Below, piece by piece: positions 1 to 23,396 of a stretch of 64,000 bases of DNA. The notes beneath the pieces are model-generated. The model made no database searches. It had not been told where the DNA came from and saw only the letters and a program-made list of their open reading frames with translations. The stretch spans positions 26,980-90,979 of the forward strand of contig NIVC01002302.1 of assembly GCA_002269645.1 (NCBI GenBank), in the 5' to 3' direction. The stretch's first letter is position 1; every line of letters starts with the position of its first letter. The stretch comes from Macrostomum lignano. Lineage: Eukaryota. The translations under genes were made by a program, and so were the position numbers.

Positions 1-3000
1 GCGTCTGTGCCTTATCCCCCAGGACCGTATCAGCCTGGCCACGGCCAGCAGCAGCAGCCGCCGCCGCCTATGATGCCGCCCAGTTCAGTTGGTCACAGGC
101 CGCCTGGGTATGTCAAAAAAGTGTTAATTCCCTCAAAAGTGATGACTAGAAATATAACATTATGTAAGGGGTAGAGCTGCACCAAATTTCGGTTCTCTCG
201 ACTCACCCGATTTCCACTTCGAGTGCGAAAGACTTCGCATTGAAAGAGAGAAGAAAATAAGAAAAATGCCAAACTCAACAACAGGCGAGCAACATGTCGA
301 TTTCCGCGACGTCTTTTGCTTGCGGTCTCACTGCAGTTTCTTCTGCATTCTTCTGCTACATGATCTATTCTCCTTGAGACTTGAAATGTGTCGCTAAGAA
401 ACCTTTAATTGCCTTCACTTGCTCTCAGACCGCCAATGCCGCCGCCGCCGCCCGGCAGTCAGGCCGGACCTGGCGGCTCTCAATGGGCACCGCCGGCCGG
501 GCCAACGCAGGGTTACGGAGGCTTTCCCGGACAGCCGCAAATGCCGCAGCAGCCGGCGCCGCCCGCCGCTAAATCGTTGGATCCGGACCAAATGCCCTCG
601 GCTGTACAGGTAAGTAGCATTGTACGAGCTATATTGTCTACTATTTTTACTAAAGCTTTGCTTTCAGCAGGAAATTTTTCTCAGAGAATAGTTGCTAATG
701 AGTTTAGCCCCCCCCCCCCCCTTATGCTAGCTTTCCTTTTAGTAATCTTCAAGTTTGCTTTTGACTTTGTTTGTTTGGCACTTCGAAATTTTTAGCTACT
801 TATACAAAAACGTCAAGGTTTACCTCAGTCCAAGTGCCGAATAAACAAAAATTTGGCACCCCTTGGGGGGGTTGGCCGTCATGGGCCCAGCCTGTAATGC
901 ATTTAAACTCCTCCATTATTACCAATGCGATAACCTCTGACGCTTGCAGGTGATGGAGGAGGACCGGCGCAAGAACTCCGGCCAGTACGAGACCGGACAG
1001 CAGCTGGGCCAGCCGCCACCGCTTGTTAGCACAGATTTTGTTGCGGTCGATCGCGGCGGCTGCTCGCCCCGCTTCATCCGATCTACTCTGTACACCGTGC
1101 CCTGCACGTCCGACTTATTGAAATCCACTCACATACCTCTGGGCCTGGTTGTGTCTCCGATGGCCGAACTGGCGCCAGGCGAGGCGCCAATCTACCTGTC
1201 TGACCTGGGCGCCAGCGGCCCAGTTCGCTGTATCCGATGCAAGGCCTACATGAGCCCCTACATGACCTGGCTAGACGGTGGCCGACGATTTCAATGCGCC
1301 CTGTGCGGCGGCACAACCGACACGCCCGAGACGTACTTTGCCCATCTGGACCACACTGGCCGCCGGATGGACACCTATCAGAGGCCCGAGCTGCACCTGG
1401 GCTCCTACGAGATGCTGGCCACTGCCGAATATTGCAAAGGCGGTATCTTGCCCGGCACGCCTGGCCTAGTGTTCATGATCGATGTCGGATATCGGGCCGT
1501 GAAATCCGGTCTAACTGCGCTTGTATGCGCTCACATCCGTGATAGGGTGCGCACTTGTTTCATTTGTCTTTAGTATATGTTTAGTTGCATCACTATATGA
1601 AATGTCCAATTCCAGAATCAACATGTCCATTTCCGGAATCAAAATGTCCAATTCCAGAATCAACATGTCCATTTCCGAAATCATAATTTCTTTTCCGGAA
1701 TCAAAATGTCCATTTCCAAAATCAAAATGTCCAACTCCAGAATCAACATGTCCATTTCCAAAATCAAAATGTCCATCGCTGGCATCAAAATGTATATCTT
1801 CGGAATCAACATGTCTATCTCCGGAATCATCATGTCCATATCCGGAATCATCATGTCCATCTCCGGAATCATCATGTTCATCTCCGGAATCAACATGTTC
1901 ATCTCCGGAATCATCATGTCCATCTCCGGAATCATCATGTCCATCTCCGGAATCATCATCATGTCCATCGCTGGCATCAACATGTTCATCTCCGAAATCA
2001 TCATGTCCATCTCCGGAATCATCATGTCCATCTCCGGAATCATCATGTCCATCTCCGGAATCATCATGTCCATCTCCGGAATCATCATCATGTCCATCGC
2101 TGGTATCAACATGCTCATCTCCGGAATCATCATGTCCATCTCCGGAATCAACATGTCCATCGCTGGTATCAACATGTTCATCTCCGGAATCATGTCCATC
2201 TCCGGAATCATCATGTCCATCTCCGGAATCATTATGTCCATCTCCGGAATCATCATGTCCATCTTTAAATAATTCGAATGTCTCCATTCCCTAAATCAAA
2301 AGTCGCCATTCCCTGACAAAAGTCCCCATTCCCTGACAAAAGTCCCCATTCCCTGACAAAAGTCGCCATTCCCTGACAAAAGTCGCCATTCCCTGAATCC
2401 CTGACTCCTGCGCAGATCCTGGACCTTCTGCCGCGCGAAGAAGGCCAAGAAGATTCGCCCAGCGCGCTGCGCGTTGGATTCGCCACCTACGATCGAGTGA
2501 TCCACTACTACAACCTGAGCCCGGGCCTGTCCCAGCCCCAGATGCTGCTAGTGACCGATCTCGAAGACGTGTTTGTGCCTCTAGTTGACGGTTTCTTAGT
2601 CGATCCGAGCGAGTCCGAGTCTCAAATCGGCCAGCTGCTCGAGGCCATCCCGCAGCTATTCAAGGACACGGCCGAGACCGAGTCGATTCTTGGCCCAGTA
2701 ATCGAGAGCGGTATCGACGCGTTCAAATCGGCCCAGTGCCCGGGCAAACTGATCGTGTTCCACACCGGATTGCCGACTGCCGAGGCGCCTGGCAAGTTGA
2801 AGAATCGCGACGACAGAAAATTGCTCGGCTCGGACAAAGAGAAGACTCTGTTGAGTCCGGCTTCCGACTATTATACTCAGCTGGGACAGCGCTGTGTTGA
2901 GGCTGGGGTCGGAGTTGATTTGTTTGTCTGCTGCGACTCCTACGTTGATTTGGCTAGCATTGGCCAGGTGCCATTTGTCACTGGCGGCTCGTTGTACAAG

Positions 3001-6000
3001 TACACCTACTTCCAGGTGCGTCCGCTTGCTTAAAGTTTTATCTTAACACTCATGGGGCTATTTACAATACAATGAAACCAGTGAAGGAAGGTGTTCATTA
3101 ATCAAGAGTGGCCGTTTATGAGGCTGTTTATTTAGTCCATTGGGCAATTCATCATGTCATGGAGGCTGTTTATTCAGCCAAGAAGGGTATTTATGTTTTG
3201 AAGTAGGCTGTTCATGTATTCAATGAAACTGTTTATTAGCGAATGGACAATTTATCAAGTCATGGAGGCTGTTTATGTACTCGTAGTTAAGGCAGCTGCT
3301 TATGTAGTTATGAAGCCAATGAGGCTGCTAATGTACATGCAGTCAAGTAGGCTATTTACATGTGCAGTCAATTAGGCTATTTACATGTGCAGTCAAGTAG
3401 GCTATTTACATGTGCAGTCAGGGAGGCTATTTACATGTGCAGTCAGGGAGGCTATTTACATGTGCAGTCAGGGAGGCTATTTACATGTGCAGTCTGGGAG
3501 GCTATTTACATGTGCAGTCAAGTAGGCTATTTACATGTGCAGTCAAGTAGGCTATTTACATGTGCAGTCAAGTAGGCTATTTACATGTGCAGTCAAGTAG
3601 GCTATTTACATGTGCAGTCAAGTAGGCTATTTACATGTGCAGTCAGAGAGGCTATTTACTTGTGAAGTCAGGGAGGCTATTTACATGTGCAGTCAGGGAG
3701 GCTATTTACATGTGCAGTCAGGGAGGCTATTTACATGTGCAGTCAGGGAGGCTATTTACATGTGCAGTCAGGGAGGCTATTTACATGTGCAGTCAGGGAG
3801 GCTATTTACATGTGCAGTCAGGGAGGCTATTTACATGTGCAGTCAGGGAGGCTATTTACATGTGCAGTCAGGGAGGCTATTTACTTGTGCAGTCAGGGAG
3901 GCTATTTACTTGTGAAGTCAGGGAGGCTATTTACATGTGCAGTCAGGGAGGCTATTTACATGTGCAGTCAGGGAGGCTATATTTGTAGTCAGGTAGTAGC
4001 ACAGCCTGCCCGCTCTCCTCTCCCCAAATCCCAGGCCAGCACCCAGGGCCGCCAGCTGTCCCTGGACATGGAGCGCGCTGTCCAATCCAGCCGGGCTTTC
4101 GACTGCGTCATGCGCGTCAGAACTAGCGCCGGCACTCGGCCAGTTGATTTCTACGGCGGCATGTACATGGCCAACACTACGGACGTTGAGACTGGCGTAT
4201 TCGGCTCTGACAAAGCCGTAGCGCTCGAGATTAAACACGACGACAAACTGGCCGAAGGTGAATCGGTGCTCATCCAGTGCGCTCTGCTCTACACCGGCAT
4301 CGGTGGTCAGCGCCGGCTTCGAATTCACAATCTGGCCCTGGCAACTAGCGCCCAGATGCCCGACGTGTTCCGCTCCGCTGAACTGGACGCCCTAATCAAC
4401 CTGTTGGCTAAATCGTCTCTTCATCAGTTGTTAAAACGCGGGCCTAAAGAGGTGCGCGAATCGTTAATTAGCCGCTGCTCAAACATTCTGGCGGCTTATA
4501 GGAAGAATTGCGCCAGCAATACCGGGCCTGGTCAGCTGATTCTACCCGAGCTGATGAAACTGCTGCCGCTCTATATCAATGCTATCATCAAGAATGACGC
4601 CTTCCAGACCGGTGAGTGTTTGACCGGGTTGCTGTTATCCAGCCACCCCGGAGTTCTTGAGCGGCTTGCTGCTATCCAGCCATCCCGGAGTCCTTGAGCG
4701 GGTTGCTGCTATCCAGCCATCCCGGAGTCCTTGAGCGGGTTGCTGCTATCCAGCCACCTCTGAATCCTTGACCGGGTTGCTGTTATCCAGCCACCTCTGA
4801 ATCCTTGACCGGGTTGCTGCTATCCAGCCACCTCTGAGTCCTTGACCGGGTTGCTGCTATCCAGCCACCTCTGAGTCCTTGACCGGGTTGCTGCTATCCA
4901 GCCACCTCTGAGTCCTTGACCGGGTTGCTGCTATCCAGCCACCTCTGAGTCCTTGACCGGGTTGCTGCTATCCAGCCACCTCTGAGTCCTTGACCGGGTT
5001 GCTGCTATCCAGCCACCTCTGAGTCCTTGACCGGGTTGCTGCTATCCAGCCACCTCTGAGTCCTTGAGCGCCACCTCTGAGTCCTTGAGCGCCACATCTG
5101 AGTCCTTGAGCGCCACCTCTGAGTCCTTGAGCGCCACCTCTGAGTCCTTGAGCGCCACCTCTGAGTCCTTGAGCGCCACCTCTGAGTCCTTGAGCGCCAC
5201 CTCTGAGTCCTTGAGCGCCACCTCTGAGTCCTTGAGCGCCACCTCTGAGTCCTTGAGCGGGTTGCTGCTATCCAGCCACGAGTCTGCATCAGAGACAAGT
5301 CAGTTGTTGCCTGTTATCTAAACCCTATGCGATTAGGCGTACACAATGCTGAAATATTAATTAGAGTTAATGCTTTAAAAACCAACGGCAGCGTACACTA
5401 AACATTAGCTACATTGTTACGAAATCATTTATTAAACGGATCAATTGGCACACATTATGTGAAATTTTTTGCAAAATTACTAAAAATTTAAGGCTTCTGC
5501 GCCGCCTTCATGCCAGAGATTTGCCACCCATCCGGTGGAATTGGTAAATGGCGGATTATCTTTGTAACTAAGCGTATTTATTGTCTATAGTTAATGGGAT
5601 GGTAAAGGTACTTCACTGCCCGATTATTGGTTAACTTTAACTCGACTCTTAAAGACGAAAATTCTAACTCTACATGCACAATATGGTGTTGGATTGCCTT
5701 ATTTAATAAAACTAGCTAAATGGTCTGGTGTTTTTACTCGTACTTATCGCGCTACTGTCAGTAGGCTAAAATGACAATCATTATTTATTGTGCACAAAAC
5801 AATCACCCGGGCAGGCTCGGATGTATCTACTGACGATAGATCCTACCTGATGTACCTGTGCGAGAGCATGGACGTCTTAGCCTCGAATGTGTTCTTCTAT
5901 CCGCGCCTGATGCCGCTGCACGATCTGCCACCAGACTCTCCGGATAGTGAGCAGCCGACTCTGCCAGCGTTCATTCGCTGCTCCGTTGAACGTCTGGATC

Positions 6001-8148
6001 AGCGCGGCGTCTACCTGCTCGGTGAGTGGTCTGCGACACAATTGTTGTTTTTGCACAACTAGGGTCAACTGGCAGGCGCGTCGCCACCGGGGGGGGACAT
6101 GCCAATGCTTCCCCACCACCCCATCTTGTGACCCGTTGTGGTAATCAAAATAATTTTTCTTCAGGGCGCCAAAATATAGTGCCTGCGGTGCTAAAATGAG
6201 TGCCTGTAGTGCTAAAATGAGTGCCTGCGGTGCTAAAATGAGTGCCTGTGGCGCTAAAATGAGTGCCTGTGGCGCTAAAATGAGTGCCTGTGGCGCTAAA
6301 ATGAGTGCCTGCGGTGCTAAAATGAGTGCCTGCGGCGCTAAAATGAGTGCCTGCGGCGCTAAAATGAGTGCCTGTGGCGCTAAAATAAGTGTCTGCGGCG
6401 CTAAAATGAGTGCCTGTGGCGCTAAAATGAGTGTCTGCGGCGCTAAAATGAGTGCCTGTGGCGCTAAAATGAGTGCCTGTGGTGCTAAAATGAGTGCCTG
6501 CGGCGCTAAAATGAGTGCCTGTGGCGCTAAAATGAGTGCCTGTGGTGCTAAAATGAGTGTCAGTGTCAAAATGAGTGCGTGCTAAAATGAGTGCCTGCGG
6601 CGCTAAAATGAGTGCCTGTGGCGCTAAAATGAGTGACTGCGGCGCTAAAATGAGTGTCTGCGGCGCTAAAATGAGTGCCTGTGGCGCTAAAATGAGTGCC
6701 TGTGGTGCTAAAATGAGTGTCAGTGTCAAAATGAGTGCGTGCTAAAATGAGTGCCTGCGGCGCTAAAATGAGTGCCTGTGGCGCTAAAATGAGTGACTGC
6801 GGCGCTAAAATGAGTGCCTGCGGCGCTAAAATCAGTGCCTGTGGCGCTAAAATGAGTGCCTGTGGCGCTAAAATGAGTGCCTGCGGTGCTAAAATGAGTG
6901 CCTGCGGTGCTAAAATGAGTGCCTGCGGTGCTAAAATGAGTGCCTGCGGCGCTAAAGTGAGTGCCTGCGGTGCTAAAATGAGTACCTGTGGCGCCAAAAT
7001 GAGTGCCTGCGGCGCTAAAATGAGTGCCTGTGGTGCTAAAATGAGTGCCTGTGGCGCTAAAATGAGTGCCTGCGGTGCTAAAATGAGTGCCTGTGGCGCT
7101 AAAATGAGTGCCTGTGGCGCTAAAATGAGTGCCTGTGGCGCTAAAATAAGTGTCTGCGTCCTGCGGCGCTAAAATAAGCGCTAACAGCCGGATTCTAAAA
7201 TAATGGAAATGTAGGAATTTAGTCATGTACATGTTGAAGCCTTGGTTTTGTCCCCCCCACCATAAAATCCATGGCGACGACCCTATCAACTGGGGTATTT
7301 TGTGTCAAAGTTGATTTTTTTAATTGTAATTTGTTGAATTGACCGCCGCTTGACAACACTTAATTTTCAGACAACGGCCTGGTCATGTTCCTGTGGGTAG
7401 GACCGAGCGTTGATCCGCACTGGATTAACCAGGTGTTCGGCGTTAATTCGCTTGAAGAAATTCAAAAGGACATGGTGAGCTTCAACGGCTTGATTAGGCA
7501 CCCTATTTTTGCTGCTGATTAAGCTGTAGCAGTAGTGTAAATAGTACACGCGAATTATTCTTTTTAGACTGAACTGCCCGAGTTGGACACGCCGCTGTCT
7601 ATGCAGATTCGCGGCGTTATCGATCTAATCAGGCGGAAACGACGGCGTCATATGAGGGTAAATCACTTACTTATTGCCTTTCTGCACCTGCTTTTCTCCT
7701 TTTTAGCCACATAATAAATACTGTAATAACTAGATGGGCCAAGCAAATATGCGTGTAAGCTACTTTCAGTTCAGTAGTAAGTTAAGAAATGCATTTAAAT
7801 GTATCTTTTTTTATATCTTTGAACCCCTACCGCGTCTTCCCAAACAAAAATGTACATTCTATTTGCTAATCATCACTCCAACTGTCCTTCTTTGCCTAAA
7901 ATAGCTTACTCATTCTTCCTTACTACTGAGAGTAGAGAAACAGCTATATATTATATAGTATGCGACTCTAACTAATCATGACTTTAACGTGTCGAATTCT
8001 GCAGCTCTTCGTAGTCCGCGCTAGGGACAAAATGGAGCCCTGGTTCCTCAACTTCCTGGTAGAAGACCGCGGCGTCAGCAACGGCTCGTCCTCCTACGTT
8101 GACTTCCTGCTGCACATTCACAAGGAGATTCGCAGCCTACTCAGCTAA
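1..8148 (+). CDS. SEC24C: COPII cargo adaptor Sec24 (SEC24C/D subfamily), 5'-partial, spliced
   Basis: In-frame exons with GT-AG ends: <1-107, 429-609, 950-1546, 2416-3015, 4035-4611, 5815-6021, 7371-7474, 7568-7657, 8005-8148 (TAA). Pro/Gln-rich N-terminus, zinc finger PVRCIRCKAYM...CALC, trunk motifs VFMIDV and RVGFATYD, gelsolin-like YLLDNGLVMFLWVG, and C-terminus SYVDFLLHIHKEIRSLLS typical of SEC24C/D. Confidence 0.95.
1600..2270. repeat. Intronic minisatellite, ~21-nt unit TCCGGAATCATCATGTCCATC
   Basis: Imperfect tandem array in the Sec24 intron 1547-2415; explains the spurious repetitive ORFs here. Confidence 0.9.
2284..2405 (+). repeat. 20-nt tandem repeat AGTCGCCATTCCCTGACAAA just before a 3' splice site
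   Basis: 5-6 copies ending about 10 nt before the acceptor AG at 2414-2415. Confidence 0.85.
3345..3985. repeat. Intronic minisatellite, 25-nt unit GGGAGGCTATTTACATGTGCAGTCA
   Basis: About 25 tandem copies in the Sec24 intron 3016-4034. Confidence 0.95.
4620..5280. repeat. Intronic compound minisatellite (~38-nt and 21-nt related units)
   Basis: GACCGGGTTGCTGCTATCCAGCCACCTCTGAGTCCTT copies switch to the shorter GAGCGCCACCTCTGAGTCCTT. Confidence 0.9.
6185..7165. repeat. Intronic minisatellite, 21-nt unit GCTAAAATGAGTGCCTGTGGC
   Basis: About 45 copies in the Sec24 intron 6022-7370. Confidence 0.95.
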
Positions 8149-8322
8149 TTTATTAGCCAGTTTATTATAAACTAGTGTCAAAGACTTTTGCTGGCTCTTG
8201 GAGTTTTTCGACTTTCTGAGACTTGACCAATTAATATAGCTTAGATATTGATTCAATTACTATTAATTAATACTTGTGTCCCAGCAATCACACCTTCACT
8301 ACTAGGCCTAGTCTAGAATTGT

Positions 8323-8780
8323 CCCGTTAAAAACGTTTCCGTGAAAAGATTCGCTAAGGACTCAAACTCAAACGACTGTAATGCCACTGTTGAGTCACGA
8401 GTGCATCACGTGAGTTGCATAATAGTAAGAGTCTTGAAAAAGTCGTCAAAGGGTCGTTGTGTTAACACTTAACTTTCTACTTAAGCAGACTAAAGAGTTG
8501 TTATAAATGCGAAATGCGATTCTAATTCATAAATTGACGCAGATGCGCTTTAGACGCAACTCAGTGATTCTGCAGCACGCCTCAGATAGGACTCTACGGC
8601 CCCAGAGTCATTATAGAAGTGCCTCAGCTGTTTCAGAGTCGCAGACTCTTTGACGACTTGTACCGAGACATCTCATCGTTTTAGAGTCGTCTAAGAAGAG
8701 TCTTTCCTATTTTACCTGTAACGACTTTTAACACGACTCTGGGGGCGACGCTTCTTTGCCTAGGTACCGTTTTCATCGGG
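8323..8780. mobile_element. Putative non-autonomous DNA element (MITE-like); second copy inverted at ~30568-31035
   Basis: Imperfect terminal inverted repeats CCCGTTAAAAACG...CGTTTTCATCGGG; the body matches the reverse complement of 30568-31035. No clear TSD. Confidence 0.6.
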
Positions 8781-10039
8781 TGTGCCCAGATCAATTAATA
8801 TGTTGAGAGAGAGTTCCAAAACCATTGCTAGAGCATCAGTTATAGACTAGGCCTGTTTAGGTTTCCCCTACTGTTGAAAATGTCCCCAATTTTATTTCTG
8901 CATGTCAGCCCGAGTGTGCGAGCGAATATAATAGTTTAATGTTATTGAACTTGTGTCTGTCTGCTTTTTCGTGTGCGCCCAGACTTACTATAGGTATTTG
9001 TAGCCTACCAACTCTCTCCCATATCGGTGTCTGGTCAGAGTACAACACAATACGCATGCTTTATTCTATAATTGTTTTTCCCTGTTTACCTGCCTCCTTC
9101 CACCCTTCCGTATCCGATTGATTTTTGGTTGATAATTTGATCCGCTATCGTTGTTGCTTTTCTGTTAGATTTTCATTAAGGGGATTCAAAAGGCCTTGCC
9201 AAGTTGAGCATGCAAATTCGAACTAAAGCCTGCTTATAATAGTTCCAGATTGTCTTGAAATGCCAGCGTGTGGCTTCTTGAGCTTCTATATGCGCTCAGT
9301 TTATTTAGCTTTTTCATTATTTTTCTGCGGTTATCTTCAGCCTGTCCGCATCTGTTGCTGTTTAATCCGAGAATGCTATTCTGATTCTGTTCTGTCGTTA
9401 TTTATTTAATTGTTAGCACTAGGGCTCCGTTATCCATCATCTTTGTCCAGCCTCCTCATTTTTTTGTTTAACCGCGGATATTGGTTTTCTTGTGCTCTCC
9501 CGCTTTTTTGGGTAATCTTTGTTCATTTGACTGTGTTAAATTTACCCTGGTCTCTGTGCTTGCTCGCAATAGAGAACTGTGCTCGCTAATATTTTAATTT
9601 ACAGTTCTCAGTCCCCCCCAATCCATGGGACACAGTAGTTACTCCCCTGCTATTTAATGATTGTGTTTAATTGCTCGTCTGCCGTTCAACCAAGAGCTAG
9701 ATTCTCTATCTGTGACAGTACCTTTGGTTATTGAAAAAGAACTACATTATATGAAGCACTTTTAAACGCCGCGTACAATTCATTATACAATTATTATTAT
9801 TACTATAGAGAGAGTTTACGAACGTCTTTGTTTTCTCGCTTTTCTCTCTCTGTGTTGCAGTTTTGTTGTGGGCCGGTCGTTGAATTATCCGAAATATAAA
9901 TGCACTAGAAATCGCTGCTAGCACGGGAACTCCTTGCTGCTGGCCAAATAAAGTAGAGGTTCAACTCTTCAAATGTGGTTTTTGTTCATTAGTTTCTTAT
10001 CACTTTAACCCATACCATTTTAGTATTGAAGAATATTAA

Positions 10040-10840
<801 letters not shown>

Positions 10841-11004
10841 TAACCCATACTGAGTAGGACTGTGGCCTGCATGGCGCAGCAGTGTGATCGGTTGTCGCTC
10901 AAATAACCATCACGAGCGTATCGGGTGTCCCAAAATTTTTTAACCATTTTAGCTGACTCCTGTTATGCTCTGATCTTCACCTACGCTGTATAACCGATAG
11001 AAAA

Positions 11005-11664
11005 TACGAGGGGTGTTCGGAAAGTTCTGACACTTAATCACAGAGCAAAAGCAGCAGCAGCTGCAAGCACAACTTGGTGTCAGTTTAAAGCGGCACATTT
11101 CTTTCCAATGAATTCAGCCGCGTATATTTTTATTTCATTTAAAAGTTGCGTCAACTCAAATGTACAGTACATCCCTCTTACCGTCCACTCCTGTGTAGAG
11201 TATATACTCCGTCACTTCTAAACAAATCGCACTGTTTTGCACCTTGCGAAATTTTGCTTAGTGTTTTGATTTTTGTGACTATTGACACCATCATGAGTGT
11301 GCAATCGAAAGAAGGCCAAAGGCACGGAATTCTCAAGCCATGGGAAAAGTTTGTAGCTACAGGTTGAAACTATGTTGAGAAGGCTGCCTTGAAGGTTGAT
11401 GATGATGATGAATGACTACAATTAGTTTCTTCGCTGACAAAGTATCGCTTTTAATATTTTTTAACTTTTACTGTAAGACTATCAGGGCATATTGCGATGG
11501 TTTTTCACACAACACGCATACAAAAAGCAACTTTTGATTGAAATGACCAAAATACACGCGGCTGAATTCATTGGAAAGAAATGTGCCGCTTTAAAATGAG
11601 ACTAATGTTGTGCTTGCAGCTGCTACTGTGATTAAGTGTCAGAAATTTCCAGACATCCTTCGTA
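11005..11664 (+). mobile_element. Mariner internal-deletion derivative
   Basis: TA-flanked, ~125-bp imperfect TIRs (TACGAGGGGTGTTCGGAAAG...AAATTTCCAGACATCCTTCGTA). Inside, a transposase-like N-terminus MSVQSKEGQRHGILK is joined directly to a mariner-type C-terminus PWEKFVATG*NYVEK. Confidence 0.85.
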
Positions 11665-12664
11665 TTAAAACTACTTTAAAAGAGACAAGAAGTCCTTAAC
11701 TATACCAAACGCTCTCCCCTTATGTGTATACATATATATGTACGAGTAGAGTGCAGTTAAGATTCCATCATCCAATCAATGTCAATCAATTACTAAGGTT
11801 GGTGCCGGACTGTCTCAAAATTCGCCTTTCAAATTATTACATTACCGGAAGTTATAGTTGCGTGCACTATCCCTGACAAAATACTACCGTGTAAACAAAA
11901 TAAATAAGTGTAAGCTACTTTCAGTTCAGTAGTAAGATGCGAGGTCGTAACTAGCAAGTAACCCAACAAACTTACCCTAGAGTAAGTCCATTTATAGTGA
12001 GTCAATTGTTGGCAACTACAAGCCAATATCAAATAAAAAAGTCGAGCTTTTTTAAGAAACCGAATTAGCACTTAGTATTGTAGAAAAGAACTGATACACA
12101 AATTGTATTATTAGAATAGGCTGACACTAACGCACGCACTATTTACAATACAACACAGTGCAATATCGGTGCGGTGTGTGAATTTCTAATTGGTCAGGTT
12201 TACACAATAATAACTGATTAACGCGATTCTTGGAATACAAAATTGAAACCCGCGGCTACATGTAGTGTAGCTAACAAAAGCTGAACAACAACATGAGGAA
12301 TGAAGTAGAAGCAGAAACGTGTGTAGCTTTGCAACACAAGAAAGCATACATCACTATTCCTGCTTCGTTTGGTCTTTGTTTATTCTTCTTTCTACTGCAA
12401 TAGCCAAAATGAATGCATTGTAATGCTGCAAAGCGTAAAAAAGTACATGAAATAGCCAAGCAAAGCAGAATAAATTCATTTTAAACATTTTCTATTAAAA
12501 ATCTAATCCGAAACCGACTTCATAGAAAACCACAGATACTACTTGTATATAGATGTGCAAATTAAGTTGTCTAAAAGTAGAGCGTCTAATCTTTTTCAGT
12601 AGTTTATCGGCGCAGTATGACTTAAATTTCATGTGGCTATCTTTTAAGTGACTATCTAGATATA

Positions 12665-13180
12665 GCTCAGCCAATGAGAAAGCAGTAAGGAAAGAAGTCA
12701 AAGTTAGACGGACGAAACTCAACCAAGGGGGCAGACCCAATCTAGCTTAGCCAATAAGAGAGCAGTAAGGAGAGAAGTCAAAGTTAGACGGACGAAACTC
12801 AACCAAGGGGGCAGATCCAATCTAGCTTAGCCAATGAGAGAGCAGTAAGGAGAGAAGTCAAAGTTAGACGGACGAAACTCAACCAAGGGGGCAGACCCAA
12901 TCTAGCTTAGCCAATAAGAGAGCAGTAAGGAGAGAAGTCAAAGTTAGACGGACGAAACTCAACCAAGGGGCAGATCCAATCTAGCTTAGCCAATGAGAGA
13001 GCAGTAAGGAGAGAAGTCAAAGTTAGACGGACGAAACTCAACCAAGGGGGCAGACCCAATCTAGCTTAGCCAATAAGAGAGCAGTAAGGAGAGAAGTCAA
13101 AGTTAGACGGACGAAACTCAACCAAGGGGGCAGATCCAATCTAGCTTAGCCAATGAGAGAGCAGTAAGGAGAGAAGTCAA
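12665..13180. repeat. 80-nt tandem repeat
   Basis: About 6 copies of AGCAGTAAGGAGAGAAGTCAAAGTTAGACGGACGAAACTCAACCAAGGGGGCAGA..., intergenic. Confidence 0.9.
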
Positions 13181-13706
13181 GTCAGACACAAGCGGGCAAG
13201 AGGAAAACCTAAGAGGATCCTCGACTGTCGGTCTTAAGTTAATTTAAAATAATAATAATTTCGATTCTGGGGTAGAAGCAGGATCAAGATGTTAATTTAA
13301 TGGGTTGCTTGTAGAAAGCGAGAGGCGATTGTTGCAGCTTTTAAAACTTTCAATATAGGCAAAACGCTAATTTGCTACTGAAAAGTAGATTAGTGCATTT
13401 TTGCGAGTGGCATATCTAGTTATTGTACTCTTAGTATCTGTGATGAAAAAAAAAAAACTTAAGAAGAGTTATAAATAGCTCAAGACTGGCCCTGCCCTGC
13501 AGTTTCGCAGCTATAATAAATAATCTACTAAAAACAACTACTTTATATACCTGGGTTGCTGTGGCTACTTTAAAAAAGACGTTTCAGTTTTCAGTTTTGG
13601 TTGAAGCTCTCAAACTGTCGGGAGTAATTATATACTAGAGTGGGAGAGGGCTCAAAATCCGCTGATTAGGCCAATCAATGATTGGCAGTCAGAAACTGTC
13701 AGGCGC

Positions 13707-23396
<9,690 letters not shown>

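Noticed and set aside
1511-2294. DSGDGH-, PESSC- and MSISGI-repeat ORFs
   Set aside because: They lie wholly inside a Sec24 intron bounded by canonical splice sites; repeat artefact.
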